A DNA stretch of 64,000 bases from Nemertoderma westbladi (Eukaryota; Animalia; Xenacoelomorpha): assembly GCA_032718475.1 (NCBI GenBank), contig JAUCBJ010000055.1, positions 62,001 to 126,000 of the forward strand. Direction: 5' to 3'. The number at the start of each line of letters is the position of its first letter. Position 1 is the first letter of the stretch. Under the pieces are notes generated by a model. It was given only the letters and a program-made list of their open reading frames with translations. It made no database searches and had not been told where the DNA came from. Made by a program: the position numbers and the translations under genes. Positions 22,589 to 34,731 of this stretch are shown here, piece by piece.

Positions 22589-25500
22589 ATGAGTCGGTCA
22601 GGTGACACGACACCGACGCGGACCCCGGACGAAGAGCTAACGATCCGCGAGGCCGCGACCAGGCGGTATAGGCCCACGACACCGGAGCCATCGATAAGGG
22701 GCGACCCGGAAGTTCAAGATGAGGGGGACCGTCTGGAGTCAGAAGCTGAGTCGAGAGGAGGGGGAATCGAGTTGGAGGATAGAGAGAACGAGCTCGAGGG
22801 TGAAGGAGACGGGTCGACACGGGACAGGGGTCGACGCACCAGTGTCGCCGGCCAGCCACAGGCCGAGGGCGACGAGCGGCCCACCGAAACGGCGACGGTG
22901 GGGCCGACGGTGCGGCGCCGGACGCGGAGAAACGGAGGAGAAATCGGTACCGATGTCGCCGGCCAGCCACAGGCCGAGGGCGACGGACGGCCCACCGGAA
23001 CGGCGACGGTGGGGCCGCCGGTACGACGTCGAACCAGGAGAGACGGACGAGAGGTCGGCGACGAGGACGTCGGGGTTTCTGAGCGACTTCGACGGGCCTA
23101 CAACGCGACCCGGAGACTACTAGAGGAGGCCAGAAAGGGGAAAGCGATAGACGAGAAGGGTTGCCGAGGAACTGTATGACTCATGGCGGCATGGGGGTAT
23201 ACAACCTAGTGTAGTGTACATAGGGCCATATTTAATCGATGCCCGGGGTATAAAATTAGTGGGTTGGAACAGACCTGAGGAGGGCGAATCCGAGGCGGAC
23301 CCCGCGGTTTTGGTCTCGTCGGTCGGAGGGAGTTCCGGGAGGAGGGGGAAAGTTAGTAGATCGGGAAGGCGGAGGGAATCCTTCACAACCGATAAGTCTG
23401 CTACATCCTCCGCGAAAGAAAGACGGGTGAGAGAGATAGTCGCTAGGTACCGTCTCAATCTAGCAGTGCAAGGTAATAGATAAGTAGGTAGACGGCTAGA
23501 GGAAGGGAGAGTGCTGCTAGAGAGGGAAATGGTGTCGATTGGAGAGATAAGAGAGAGGGCCGAAAGGGCCGTGAGGAGCCTTAGGGAGTATGATGAAATA
23601 GAGTTGAAGGAACAAGAGGAGCGTGTGGCGAGAGAGAAAAGCGAACGCGAGAAGCGTGAAGCGAGGGAGGAAAGTGAACGCAGAGAGCGTGAAGCGAGGG
23701 AGGAGAGTGAGCGTAGAGAGCGTGAGGCGAGGCAAAGGGAGGGGATTAGGAGAGAGATGGAATTGGCCGAGCAGAGCGAATGGGAGGCTATGGATAAAAT
23801 AGCAAAAGTGGAGCGTGAGCGGAAAGAATTGGAGAAACAGCGAGACAAACTCGTAGAGTATGAAGCCGTACACACGCGTGAGGTGGAACTGGCGCAGATG
23901 GGGGCGTCTGAGAGCGAGGCTGGCTCGAGTATTTTTGAGGAGCCGGGGGCCGTGGATACATTTATTAATGCCCCACTTGCGGGGACCGCACGACAGACCC
24001 AAGACTGGTGTGACCGTGCTGGCCGGGGGGGGGGGTAATAATGATAATGGTACAGTAGACGTGGTTAATATTAATAGTACCGTATGGGATAATTCTAATC
24101 AATCCTTTATTGCAGGAAATACTTTGCCTAGTGATAGTAATTTAAATTTAAATCAGAACAACCCTAATATTAACGTAGAAAATAATTCTAATATTAATGT
24201 AGCTAGACAAAATAATCAAAATAATCAAAATAATAACCCAAATTCGAACCTACAAAATAATTTAAGTAACGCAATTACACAAAATAATCCAAATAATTTA
24301 AATAATGATCCGAGCCCGAATTTACAAAATAATTCAGATAGTGTAGTCGCGCAAAGTAATTCAAATGATTTTATTTCGAACGAACAAATTAATTCCGTTT
24401 CCAATATGAGTGCTATTAACGTAAACACGTCGGGCGTGTATAGCCAGACAGACGGGGGCCTGGTAGGCCACGTAGTTGGTAGGCAGGGAGTGGCTGGGTT
24501 AGGTAGACCCAGTGAGGGCCTGGTAGGTCACGTAGTTGGTAGGCAGGGAGTGGCTGGGTTGAATAGACCCAGCGAGGGCCTGGTAGGCCACACAGTTGGT
24601 AGGCAGGGAGTAGCTGGGTTAGGTAGACCCAGCGAGGGCCTGGTAGGCCACGTAGTTGGTAGGCAGGGAGTGGCTGGGTTGAATAGACCCAGCGAGGGCC
24701 TGGTAGGCCACATAGTTGGTTTGGCAGGGAGTAGAGGGCCTGGTAGGCCACGCAATAGCAGAGGGAGAGGCGGGGGTGAATAGACCCGACCGTGGTAGGG
24801 TTGATGTGTCGACTGGAGAGGGATATAGTAGAGGGGTGAGGAGTAGCGAAGTTAGATGTGGCGAGTGGGGGGGGGGGGGGGGGCTACGAGAACCCCACAA
24901 CAGCGAGTTAGCGGCGAAAGGGGGGGGCAGAGAGTGTCCCACAGCCGTCAGCGGATAATGCGCGGACCGAAATAGGTAAACCGCAACAACCGGCGACGGA
25001 AAGTAATAGGGGGATTGCGAGTATCCCCAGCGGCGTGCGACCGAGCAGAGAGAGACAGGTTGACATCGTAAGAGGGCGGACGAAGCGTCGAGCCCGATCA
25101 GAAGAGGGAAGAAGAACAGTGGGGTTTAACCGGGAGGTCGACGAGAGATCTCACGAGCGGGAATACTCCACTGAAAGGAGAAGAAGAGAAGACAGTAGTA
25201 GAGGTATCGCCGCGAACGATAGAAGAGCGAGGACGGATAGCGAGCCGTCGGTAGTTGAGATGAGAACGGAGAGTCAGTGGGGTCGGACTCCGGGAGATTG
25301 CCGTCGCCCCGGAGAGATGCGACCCGGCGAGGCGCACTACGCGCCGATGGAGGGGTACGCGATGTACCGGTACAAAGACGAGAACAGTAGAGGGGGGGGT
25401 CGAAGAGAAACTTTCCGACGGAATACACCTATCGATCGAGAATACGGTAGCCGCGGGGAGGATTATTCGAGAAGAATAAACTTCGATCCCGAGCGACACA

Positions 25501-25808
25501 TGCAGACTGTAGGACATACTGTAGGCCTTACTGCACATACCATAGGCCATACTGAGAGAGGCAATGTAGGCGATAGGATGGCGTGGACAACGGGATTAAA
25601 CCCGGAAGTCGCGGAATACATACCGGCGAGTAGGCCAGAAGCTGATAGGCCTATACCGGTACCAGCACTGCAGTATGACTACAGCATGCAGGGACATAAC
25701 ATATACCCAGGGGAGGGGGGAATTATTGCGGATAGGTGTATGGGCCCCAACATATTAACATCAACCCCAGTACCAAACATACCGGTGGGGGGGGGGGGGA
25801 CAGGGTGA
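22589..25808 (+). pseudogene. gag: Element C gag N-terminal region, broken by stops and poly-G frameshifts
   Basis: Homologous to the gag starts of A and B, with a coiled-coil, an Asn-rich tract and 60-bp repeats at 24455-24750. Confidence 0.78.
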
Positions 25809-25866
25809 CATTCCCCCATCACAATATCAACAATATACCCCGATAGGAGCAAGAACAACGAGACCC

Positions 25867-28503
25867 TTGGATGAGAATAGGTCGTGTGATACAGAAATAT
25901 GGAGGGGGCCGCTACCCCCGATGACATACCCAAGTCAGAGAAAGTCAAGAAATAGGACGGACGAGCCGCACCAGACAGGAGAAACTATGCAGCACCCATC
26001 GAATCCATTGGAAGCGCAGGCGATGGGGATGGCCACGTTGATCGATGCGTTGAAAACGAGGATCGAGTTACCACCCGTGGAACCATTCAAATTCGATGGG
26101 AGCAGGCCGGAAGAATATCTACAGTTTCGGCGCATGTATAGTAACGAAATACTAACAAAGAACTTGACGCAGGCGGAGTGCCTAAAGTATCTGCAAGTAT
26201 ACACGGGAGGCCCAGCATACGACATCGTGAGGCAATATCAAGGAATAGAGGGCGGCTTCACGACAGCATGGAGGGCACTGGATAGGGAATACGGGCACCC
26301 GGCCAAGATCATCAGACAGACACTGAGAGGCATAACATCGGGTGGCCTACAGGATAATCCCGTTAGCATTAAGACGTTTGCTAACAAAGTCGAAAAGGCG
26401 CTGATCGTGCTGAAGACGCTAGACGCGCCATACGAGCTCAATGCGTCCAATAACATCACCACGATAGCGCAGGCACTACCGAGTTGGATGCGCAACAAGT
26501 GGAGGAAAATTGCTTTCTCCACTCGAGAAAAGAAGGGTGCGGAACCGGGTTTAGAAGAAATGTCAAACTTCTTAAACTACGAGGCTGAGATAATAACTGA
26601 CCCAGTCTACAGCGAAGATAGCCTGGGAAAGGGACCGAAGACGGATTACCATAGACCGAAACCAGAGCACAATACATCAAACGCATTACCGAGGCTCAGG
26701 CAATCATTGCCATATGCAGCGACGCAGGGGACTGCAAGTCCACAGCTAGCCGAAGATGAGACAACACCATGGAACGGACAGGGGAACAATAACAGCACGA
26801 ATAAACATAACCCCAGTACGTCCAGTAGGCTGAATCCAAACAATAAGAATAGTAGGGACTTTGGTACGAACGCAACTGCGATACGCAATGCGCTGTATAA
26901 AGAGGGCTACGACCCAAAGAGCAAATGCCAGCTACATGCAAATGCGCTTCATCAAACCATGAACTGCAGGTACTGGCAGGCGCTACCTAGGCAAGATCAG
27001 ATAGATTATGCGTTGAGCAATAATATCTGCTCGCGATGTGTAATGAGTGGACATAGAGCAAGGGAGTGCAAGGAGAAGCCGATAAAATTTGGTCAGAGAA
27101 GAGGCCAAACGATGGCGACGAGCACAGTAGGAGCGAAGAAGAGAGGAACGGTGCTACTTGGAGTAGTACCCGTGCGAGTGATTGGGGAAGGCAATCGATC
27201 AGTAACAACGCTAATGCTGGTTGATAGTGGAGCTGCCTTCACATTAGTTGAGGAATGGGTGGCCGAAGAGATAGGATTGAGAACGAGGCCAAGCAGAATG
27301 GCGGTAACAACCATATCTAGCAAAGATGAGATCCTGGAGATGAGAACAGGAAGGTGCGCAATTGCAGCAGTGGCACCAGGATGCGACTATGGGGCAACCA
27401 TCGACCCCATCCAAGTGATAGAGTCAATTAATATCAATGCCAGGCGGCCAACCAACATCGAGGTCAAGCAGTATAAATTTCTGGACGACATTGACTTCTC
27501 AATCCCAGACGTGGACGTTAGGAAGGTATCCATCATAGTAGGGATGGACTGCCCAACGGCCCACGAAAGAATGCAAACGGTCTTCGGCGAAGACAAGCAG
27601 TGTGACCCGGTGGCGATATTAACACCATTCGGGTGGACACTGACAGGCCCAATTAAGAGTAATATACCATTCCATGCGTCTGAGAGTTCAGGATGCATGG
27701 TGCCAGGAACTGTCGATGAGATAGAGGAGAGGCCAGAGATGGGCAATAGTGGTAGACAGCTAGAAGTGGAAGCAACACCACGAGAGTGGGCGGAGGAGAA
27801 TGGCATGGATGCAGAAGATCTAGAGACGATGGGTTGGAACAAGAGTCCCAGCAAGAATCGGTATGGAGATGGAGAGGAGCGGACGGCAAAATGTCCGGGG
27901 GACAGGCCGGAGGAGTGTCCGGAAGAGATGCCGGTCCGGTTGGGAGGCATGCCGACAAGGGGGAGGCCGAGCAGGAGGACTAAATGGAAAGGGAGAAGAC
28001 TTGAGACGATCAGACCAGGGGCAGAGAAGCCAGTGGGTGGGCGTGTGATGGACAAAGGATCCGGGAAAGTAGGAGGCGTGCTGCATACGCACGCGGGACT
28101 GACAGAGTGTGAGGGGGCATTACATGGGCAGAGACCGTGTATACCGAAGGACGAACGGGGGTCGTCGAGGCCTTTAATGCCAGCACACATATTAAGGGGG
28201 AGGCCAGCAGAGGTGGCATCTAAGATTAAGGAGAAGAACAGGGGCGGCATTATACCGCCGGGTGACACGTTGAAGGGTGGCACTTTGCCGCCAAGGGACG
28301 ACCACGAGATCAGAAACATAAATAGCAGACAGCATTTCCAAAAACAGGAGAAAAGACCACCTATCGAATTGACAAGGAGAGCGGAGCGAAGAATTAGAGA
28401 ACCTATAGGGGGGCAGTGGGAGAGTTGCCTGCTGGAGGAATCACCCCTTGGGTCGCTGAGTTGTCCAAAAGGTTGGACTGGGATGGAAGAGTTAGATCCG
28501 TAA
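25867..28503 (+). CDS. gag: Element C gag core, zinc knuckles and aspartic protease, fused to scrambled pol remnants
   Basis: PFKFDGS..EYLQF (BEL gag core), CQLH..H..NC, CSRCVMSGHRAREC, MLVDSGA, TPFGW. No YVDD motif. Confidence 0.88.
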   Translation: MDENRSCDTEIWRGPLPPMTYPSQRKSRNRTDEPHQTGETMQHPSNPLEAQAMGMATLIDALKTRIELPPVEPFKFDGSRPEEYLQFRRMYSNEILTKNLTQAECLKYLQVYTGGPAYDIVRQYQGIEGGFTTAWRALDREYGHPAKIIRQTLRGITSGGLQDNPVSIKTFANKVEKALIVLKTLDAPYELNASNNITTIAQALPSWMRNKWRKIAFSTREKKGAEPGLEEMSNFLNYEAEIITDPVYSEDSLGKGPKTDYHRPKPEHNTSNALPRLRQSLPYAATQGTASPQLAEDETTPWNGQGNNNSTNKHNPSTSSRLNPNNKNSRDFGTNATAIRNALYKEGYDPKSKCQLHANALHQTMNCRYWQALPRQDQIDYALSNNICSRCVMSGHRARECKEKPIKFGQRRGQTMATSTVGAKKRGTVLLGVVPVRVIGEGNRSVTTLMLVDSGAAFTLVEEWVAEEIGLRTRPSRMAVTTISSKDEILEMRTGRCAIAAVAPGCDYGATIDPIQVIESININARRPTNIEVKQYKFLDDIDFSIPDVDVRKVSIIVGMDCPTAHERMQTVFGEDKQCDPVAILTPFGWTLTGPIKSNIPFHASESSGCMVPGTVDEIEERPEMGNSGRQLEVEATPREWAEENGMDAEDLETMGWNKSPSKNRYGDGEERTAKCPGDRPEECPEEMPVRLGGMPTRGRPSRRTKWKGRRLETIRPGAEKPVGGRVMDKGSGKVGGVLHTHAGLTECEGALHGQRPCIPKDERGSSRPLMPAHILRGRPAEVASKIKEKNRGGIIPPGDTLKGGTLPPRDDHEIRNINSRQHFQKQEKRPPIELTRRAERRIREPIGGQWESCLLEESPLGSLSCPKGWTGMEELDP

Positions 28504-28704
28504 AAGGTGCGGGCAGAAGTGTTACCTGTCTGCTAGAAGGAGCACCTTAACTTGGAGTTAGAGTAGAGTTTAGTCGTCCAAGATTTGGACTGAGGGGGGT
28601 GGGATTGAGGGCGAGACGCCCTTCCCACACAAATAAAATAAAAATAAAATAAAAATAATAAGTACACAGTAGGTACGCAGTTAGTAGGCAGAAGTTAGTT
28701 AAGA

Positions 28705-29240
28705 GGTACGTAATACCTAGTTAGTTAGTTAGATAGGAGGTACGTAGTACCGATAGTTAGTTAGAGAGTTAGAGGGTACGTAAGTACCGATAGTTAGTTA
28801 GAGAGTTAGAGGGTACGTAAGTACCGCTAGTTAGTTAGAGAGTTAGAGGGTACGTAAGTACCGCTAGTTAGTTAGAGAGTTAGAGGGTACGTAAGTACCG
28901 TTAGTTAGTTAGAGAGTTAGAGGGTACGTAAGTACCGTTAGTTAGTTAGAGAGTTAGAGGGTACGTAGTACCGTTAGAGAAGAGTTAGAGTTAGGGTACG
29001 TAGTACCGTTAGTTAGAGAAGAGTTAGAGGGTACGTAGTACCGTTAGTTAGAGGAGAGTTAGAGGGTACGTAGTACCATTAGAGAAGAGTTAGAGTTAGG
29101 GTACGTAGTACCGTTAGTTAGAGAAGAGTTAGAGGGTACGTAGTACCGTTAGTTAGAGGAGAGTTAGAGGGTACGTAGTACCGTTAGTTAGAGAAGAGTT
29201 AGAGTTAGAGGGTACGTAGTACCGTTAGTTAGAGAGAGAG
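28705..29240 (+). repeat. Tandem array (~30-35-bp unit with palindromic core GGTACGTAGTACC) in C
   Basis: About 15 copies by eye. The homologous array lies at 34100-34580 (-) in B. Confidence 0.92.
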
Positions 29241-29548
29241 AGTAAGAGGTAGAAGGGTATATAAGATATAGATATTAGTTAGCAGTTAGTAGCGTTAGTA
29301 GCGAGAGGAGGGCATATGAGTACAGCTGGGTAAATTGTGTGGCCACACGACGCACACTGCTGTACTGCATAGGCCCACAGAGTAGGCCAGAATGTGGATT
29401 AGGGAATAGAATAATCAATAGGAAGCAGTAAGGTAGTAGGATTGAAATTAAATCAAAAATAAAATTAGAATAAGAATAGGGCTAAGAAGGGGAACAAATT
29501 ATGGTAACAGTAGTAAGAATAGGCAATAACTCAGAAATTCAGAAAGAG

Positions 29549-30089
29549 ATAGGCCATCGAACTGAACTTAAACCACCTAAGCCCATCACTCATCACGTTT
29601 GCGCCTTGGCAAGGCACCACCTACAGGTGAGCGATCGGGCAGAGTTCGAGATGGCAGGTAAACTTGTGAGAGAGAAGAGAAGCAGAGGAGAGGGAGGAGG
29701 AAGCTAGGGCGCAGAGCTACGGCTTTGAGGAATAAGCAGCCTTAGACGAACTTCGTTGGGCTTCGTCAGGGAGTTCGGGGGAGTCTCTAGGGAAAGAACT
29801 GGGGTGGACGGTGGGATCACCGAAACAGTCGACGTCGGGATTGCAAGCAATGAAGATGATCTTATGGGACGCCACCAGAGGGAGACAACCGGGCCACTCT
29901 GAGGGGCCACCTGCGAAACGGTATCGGGCACTAATAACACCAGCGCCCAAGGAGCCAACAACCGGAATCAGCAGGGAGGTGGCGGCGAGAGTCCGAAAGC
30001 AGAAAGCGGATCCCAGAGGAGCGGTGGTGACCAAGAAACGACCCAGGGAAGAGGACGCCAGGGGGAACTATCCTCAGAGGAACAGATAG
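29549..30089 (+). pseudogene. Internally deleted remnant of the accessory ORF in C
   Basis: CALARHHL matches the B ORF 33387-33716. It then jumps to sequence matching B ~45690-45850 and ~46810-47040. Confidence 0.75.
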
Positions 30090-30798
30090 GTTCCCAGGGC
30101 CGGGGGAGAGAAACTGGGACTTGGACGTGGTACGCCTGGAAGGCGCCGCGTGGGACGTACGAACTATTAAGTACAAATCTAATTAATGCAAATAATCACA
30201 TAAGTGCAATTTGTATGTACGTACGTAGTGATTAGTAATCTAGAATATATACGCTCGAAGTAAGTACTATAGTCATACAACCTTTCTCAATTAGCTACTG
30301 GGACTGGGGGGTAAACTGACTATGGCACTATGGACGAGACACCAGACAATTTCACACTTCTTGAGTGCGACGGCACGAGAGGGGGGGAGATTTGTCAGAA
30401 GAGATGAGGTAGTCAGAGTGGGATTGAGGGACGGAGTAATGGAGCGAAGTGCAGAGGGAGTGCGGACGCAATTCTAGTGTGTGGGGGAGGAGAATAAGAG
30501 GCTGAGTGAGGGACGAGGAGGTCCGAGTGTATGAGAGTGTTAGGATGAGAGTGAAGAAGAGATAGGGCGGAAGTGTTGGGGAAACAAAAGTTGCGTGAGA
30601 GGTGAGCGCGATCGGCCCGACATGAGACGCCAGGCACACAGGGTAGCGTTATCATACCCATAGGGGGTGGCCTGGAAAGCCGGCTCCGAGAGAAAAGAAT
30701 TCCACCCCACACCCGATACTAGATCGGGATCCAGCGGGATTGTAGCGCACTTTTTGGTTGATGCTATCTTCTTACCGGGAAGATAGCATGGGGGGGAG

Positions 30799-31343
30799 TG
30801 TTAGCTTATTCAATCCCGCTAACACCACATAAAGTTATAAGCCGATAAGCAATATTGGGAGCCACGAGATTGGGTAATTAGCCAACTCGTGCCATCCCAA
30901 TAAGAATGGGAAGGAAACACACAACGAGGGTCAGGGGCCAAACCCCTAACCCAGAGAGAATAGGTGGAGTGAACGAGAACACTCCAAAGGGCGCCAACAA
31001 GGGTATCAACCAATCAGAGGGGGGAAAGGCATCGATTAGGTAGAGTAACAAGGCCAACCGTGCAATATAGCCACTTGGCAGTAATCATATCAATTCAGTT
31101 ATCTCAGTGCAATACCGGTGCTAGATTAGGTTACATAGTTTAGCTAGGGAAGGACCAGGACTTTAGTTACCGTATCCCGCCTTCCGTATACGACAATATT
31201 ATCTCATATCTATATCTATATCTATATCTGCATACCCGAATATTATATACGACAAACAGCACAAACTCATTCACTCTTTATACACGGCGGGGATGCGTGA
31301 ACTAACAACGGATAAACCGGGATCCCTCTTGGATCCCGTCACA
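30799..31343 (+). repeat. 3' LTR of element C
   Basis: Follows the hairpin and PPT; followed by TSD GTCTC. Confidence 0.96.
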
Positions 31344-31348
31344 GTCTC

Positions 31349-33390
31349 CAGTATCAAAGTAAACGTCGTCGTCTTCCGACTCTTCATCCGACGATCCTGA
31401 TTGTTCTGAGAAGCAATCTCTAATGTGCGTCACGAAGGTCGGTGTTATTTTCGACTCTCGACCCTTATATGCTGTGTTGCATCTTGCTGCCGCTTCCGGG
31501 TGTTCCCTGGTGAAGCGTTTGGTCGGCGTATGACTGTTTGTGTGGAGCAAACCGTCATGGTTGCGTCCACAGGAAGGACAGGTGTCTGTATTTGGGCAGT
31601 CTTTACGGATATGTCCATGTAGCGTACACCGCCAACAAGAGTCCAATGGCCGTATTTGCAGTCGTCGTTCCTCTGAATTCAATTCGCGGAATAGTCGACA
31701 TCCTCTTAGTTTATGGCTAGTATGTCGTTTACCTAGCCGTTCGCAATATTGGCAACCGCTAAAGTCTGTGCTCAGTTGCTGTCGGGTCTGTTTGGTTCCA
31801 ATCGGTGCGGATACCTTATTACCGTCCGAAAATTGTTGGGTGTCGGTCGACGTGGCGTAAGTGGCCGTCTTGGTGGATGTTGTTTGGGGTTTTTGTCGGT
31901 TCGAGGATGGTAAGGTTGTTCCTTCCGCCACAATATGTTGGTCCGTGTAGTTCGAACGCGTCTCGACTACTGCCTCTCTAGATATCAGTAAGTAGACGTC
32001 TTCCAACTTCAAGAATCCGCCTCTCTCTTCTCGCTGATATTCTATCTTTCGCCACTCCCGACGAAGTCGATGGTGTAATCTTCCTATTATTTTCAATAGG
32101 ACTGTCGGAGTGTTCGCGTAGTCAAGTTGTCCAATCGAGCGTAGTGTAGTAATGGCGTTCTTAATCTCGTCAGCTAATTTCAGTAAGTCAACGGGTTTTG
32201 TTATAGCCCCCCCTTACAGAGTTCTTCTATCACTGACTTAGCCATGCTTACGGTGCCTCCGTAAATCGAAGTTAAGCGATCGTACGCTAGTTCGAAGGCG
32301 TCTGGTACACCGACAAAGGTCTCCGCTAGACGTTTCGGTTCTCCCGTCAGCGTTTGTAGCAGGTAGTTGAATTTCTCCCTCGATGTAAAGGCGCACGCTG
32401 CTATTTGGGTTTCGATGTAGTCCACAAAGGTGTGCCAATGTTTCGAGTTACCGGAAAACTTAGGTAGTTGTTGCACCAGTAATCCTTGTCTGGCTGCGAA
32501 TTTCGCTATCTCCTCGGCCACGTTCAAAGTTTCGCGTCCTTCGTTGGCAATCGAGTTGATGTTTTCTCGTCTTGGCACTTTTCCTTGATACGAGGTGTTT
32601 CTCGAGGGTTGTTTTCTTTGCTGCTTCGGGTGTCTAGAGTGTTCGAACTCGGTACCTCGCGAACTATCAGTTTGAGTTTCCTCTAAACGTTCCTCTATCT
32701 GGGCCAACTTGTCTACAACTGGGCGCATTATTTCGGCGAGTTGTTGCATACTAATTGCGTCCGTTGGTTGTAACGCCTTCTGTGTTGGTGTATTTTGTGG
32801 AGGATTATCGATAAAGGAGTTATCTGAACGCTCACCTTTATATTCGTCGGCCGCTCCTGTTCTAAATACCTCACGTTTCGGGTAATCCGATTCACTCGAA
32901 GTACTACTGTCACCTGGATACGGTGGTCGACGTGCTCGCGTCCGTTGTGCTGTCTGAATCCTAACATTCCGTTTTGGAACATCGTCTACTGGGTTCCGTC
33001 GTTCGGTAGGCTCGCAAGTCTTCCTCGAAGTCGTAGATTGCGATGTAAACTGATTAAACGGTCGCGTATCCACTGGTCTCCGTTGTTCGGTAGGCTCGCA
33101 AGTCTTCCTCGAAGTCGTAGATTGCGATGTAAACTGATTAAACGGTTGCGTATCCACTGGTCTCCGTTGTTCGGTAGGCTCGCAGGTCTTCCTCGAAGTC
33201 GTAGATTGCGATGTAAACTGAACCGGTGGTTGAATGACAGCATTTGAATCTAAAGGCCTTGTAGGCCTAAACGTCATTGGGTACGTGTAATGCATAACGG
33301 GTTTTGGCGTCGAAGGTGGACTCACCTGTTTAGTCGTTAGTAGTGCAGGTCCTGTCAACAAACTACTACGATCTGTAATCGGTGGGTTAC
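31349..33390 (-). pseudogene. gag: Element D gag, 3' portion (core and BEL zinc knuckles)
   Basis: LPKFSGNSKHWHTF..EKFNYL; CQYC..H..C, CWRCTLHGHIRKDC, CPSCGRNHDGLLH; three 84-bp repeats at ~32985-33230. Confidence 0.9.
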
Positions 33391-33716
33391 TTACCTTGAC
33401 TTTCAGAATGGGTGATGACGTTGCTCTTGGCGGTGTAAACTTGTCCCCGCTGTTTGTGCACCTCCCTGAAATGGTCTTGTAGCGCTCGCGCTCCGTGACC
33501 TCTCTCTAATTGCTCGTAGTATCCCCTCGTCTTCTCTTCCGGATGCCTCTTGGTGAAATCCACCAGTATCTCCTTTCCTCCTAACTCCGCCTTTCTCTTC
33601 CTGATCAGTTTTCCCACCATTCCGAACTCTCTCACTCGCTCACCTGTAAGGTGGTGCCTTGCCAAGGCGCAGTACAGATGAGTGATAAGTTTAAGATGGT
33701 CTGTGCAGTTCGACAA
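33391..33716 (-). pseudogene. N-terminus of the element B accessory ORF, cut by the inversion breakpoint
   Basis: Lies after B pol and the tandem array, matches C at 29549, and joins 44823 via GTAA. Confidence 0.7.
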
Positions 33717-34099
33717 TGGCCTATTTTCTACTTAATTCTGAGTTATAGCCTAAGTTTTCTTACTTAATTCCTAAAGTGCTAAATTGTACCCTAAATTGCA
33801 ATTTTGTCCGTTACTTTAATTATGTTCCAGAATTTTCTTACTACTGTTACCATAATTTGTTAGTTTTCTTATTTTGTTTTAATTTAATTCAATCCTACTA
33901 TGCTACTACCTACTTATTAATGCCAATGGATTACTCTATTTTGTAATCCACATTCTGGCCTACTCTATGGGCTTGTGCAGTACAACAGTATGCGTCGCGT
34001 GGCCTACACAATTTGTCCAGCTGTACTCATACGCCCCCCTCTCGCTTCTCACTACTAACTAATATCTACATTATACATACCCTTCTACCACTAACTCTT

Positions 34100-34580
34100 A
34101 CTATCCGGTACTACGTACCCTCTTACTAACTTCTAACTAACTTCTACCAACCGGTACTACGTACCCTCTTACTAACCTCTAACTCTATCTAACTAACTAA
34201 CAGTACTACGTACCATCTAACTCTTACTCTCTCTAACTAACTAATGGTACTACGTACCCTCTAAATCTTACTCTCTCTAACTAACTAACTAATGGTACTA
34301 CGTACCCTCTAACTCTTACTCTCTCTAACTAACTAACGGTACTACGTACCCTCTAACTCTTACTCTCTCTAACTAACTAACGGTACGACGTACCCTCTAA
34401 ATCTTACTTTCTCTAACTAACTAACGGTACTACGTACCCTCTAAGTCTTACTCTCTCTAACTAACTAACGGTACTACGTACCCTCTAACTACTAACTCTC
34501 TACCTAACGGTACTACGTACCTTCTAACTACTAACTCTCTACCTAACCGTACTACGTACCTTCTAACTACTAACTAACTA
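34100..34580 (-). repeat. Tandem GGTACGTAGTACC-core array of element B
   Basis: Reverse complement of the C array type. Confidence 0.9.
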
Positions 34581-34731
34581 ACTAACTTCCATCTGCCTAC
34601 TTACTCTTTCTTTATTTTATTTATTATTTTTATTATTTTTATGTGTGGGAAGGGCGTCTCGCCCTCAATCCCACCCCCCTCAGTCCAAAACTTGGACGAC
34701 TAAACACCACTAAACTTCACTCTAATTCAAC

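Larger units (their letters stand above)
21973..31343 (+). mobile_element. BEL/Pao element C: non-autonomous (gag-protease retained, RT/RH/IN and exonuclease deleted), inserted in D
   Basis: LTRs at 21973-22516 and 30799-31343 differ by about 4 substitutions and 1 indel. TSD GTCTC at 21968-21972 and 31344-31348. Confidence 0.95.
9911..33390 (-). mobile_element. BEL/Pao element D, main body (3' gag, pol, accessory ORF, 3' LTR); its 5' part lies at 40439-44822 (+) after the inversion
   Basis: BEL gag knuckles, PR-RT-RH-IN domain order, matching long LTRs, and an in-frame gag join across the inversion breakpoints. Confidence 0.9.

Noticed and set aside
24025-25800. Programmed frameshifting at poly-G runs in gag
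   Set aside because: Run lengths vary between copies; slippage or homopolymer sequencing error is a simpler explanation.
27387-28319. Long antisense ORFs (also 23120-23875, 34859-35527, 43817-44434)
   Set aside because: Shadow frames opposite purine-rich or repetitive TE coding strands, with no recognisable domains.
28705-29240. CRISPR-like array of palindromic repeats
   Set aside because: The spacers are near-identical TTAG-rich sequence rather than unique, there are no cas genes, and the context is a eukaryotic retrotransposon.
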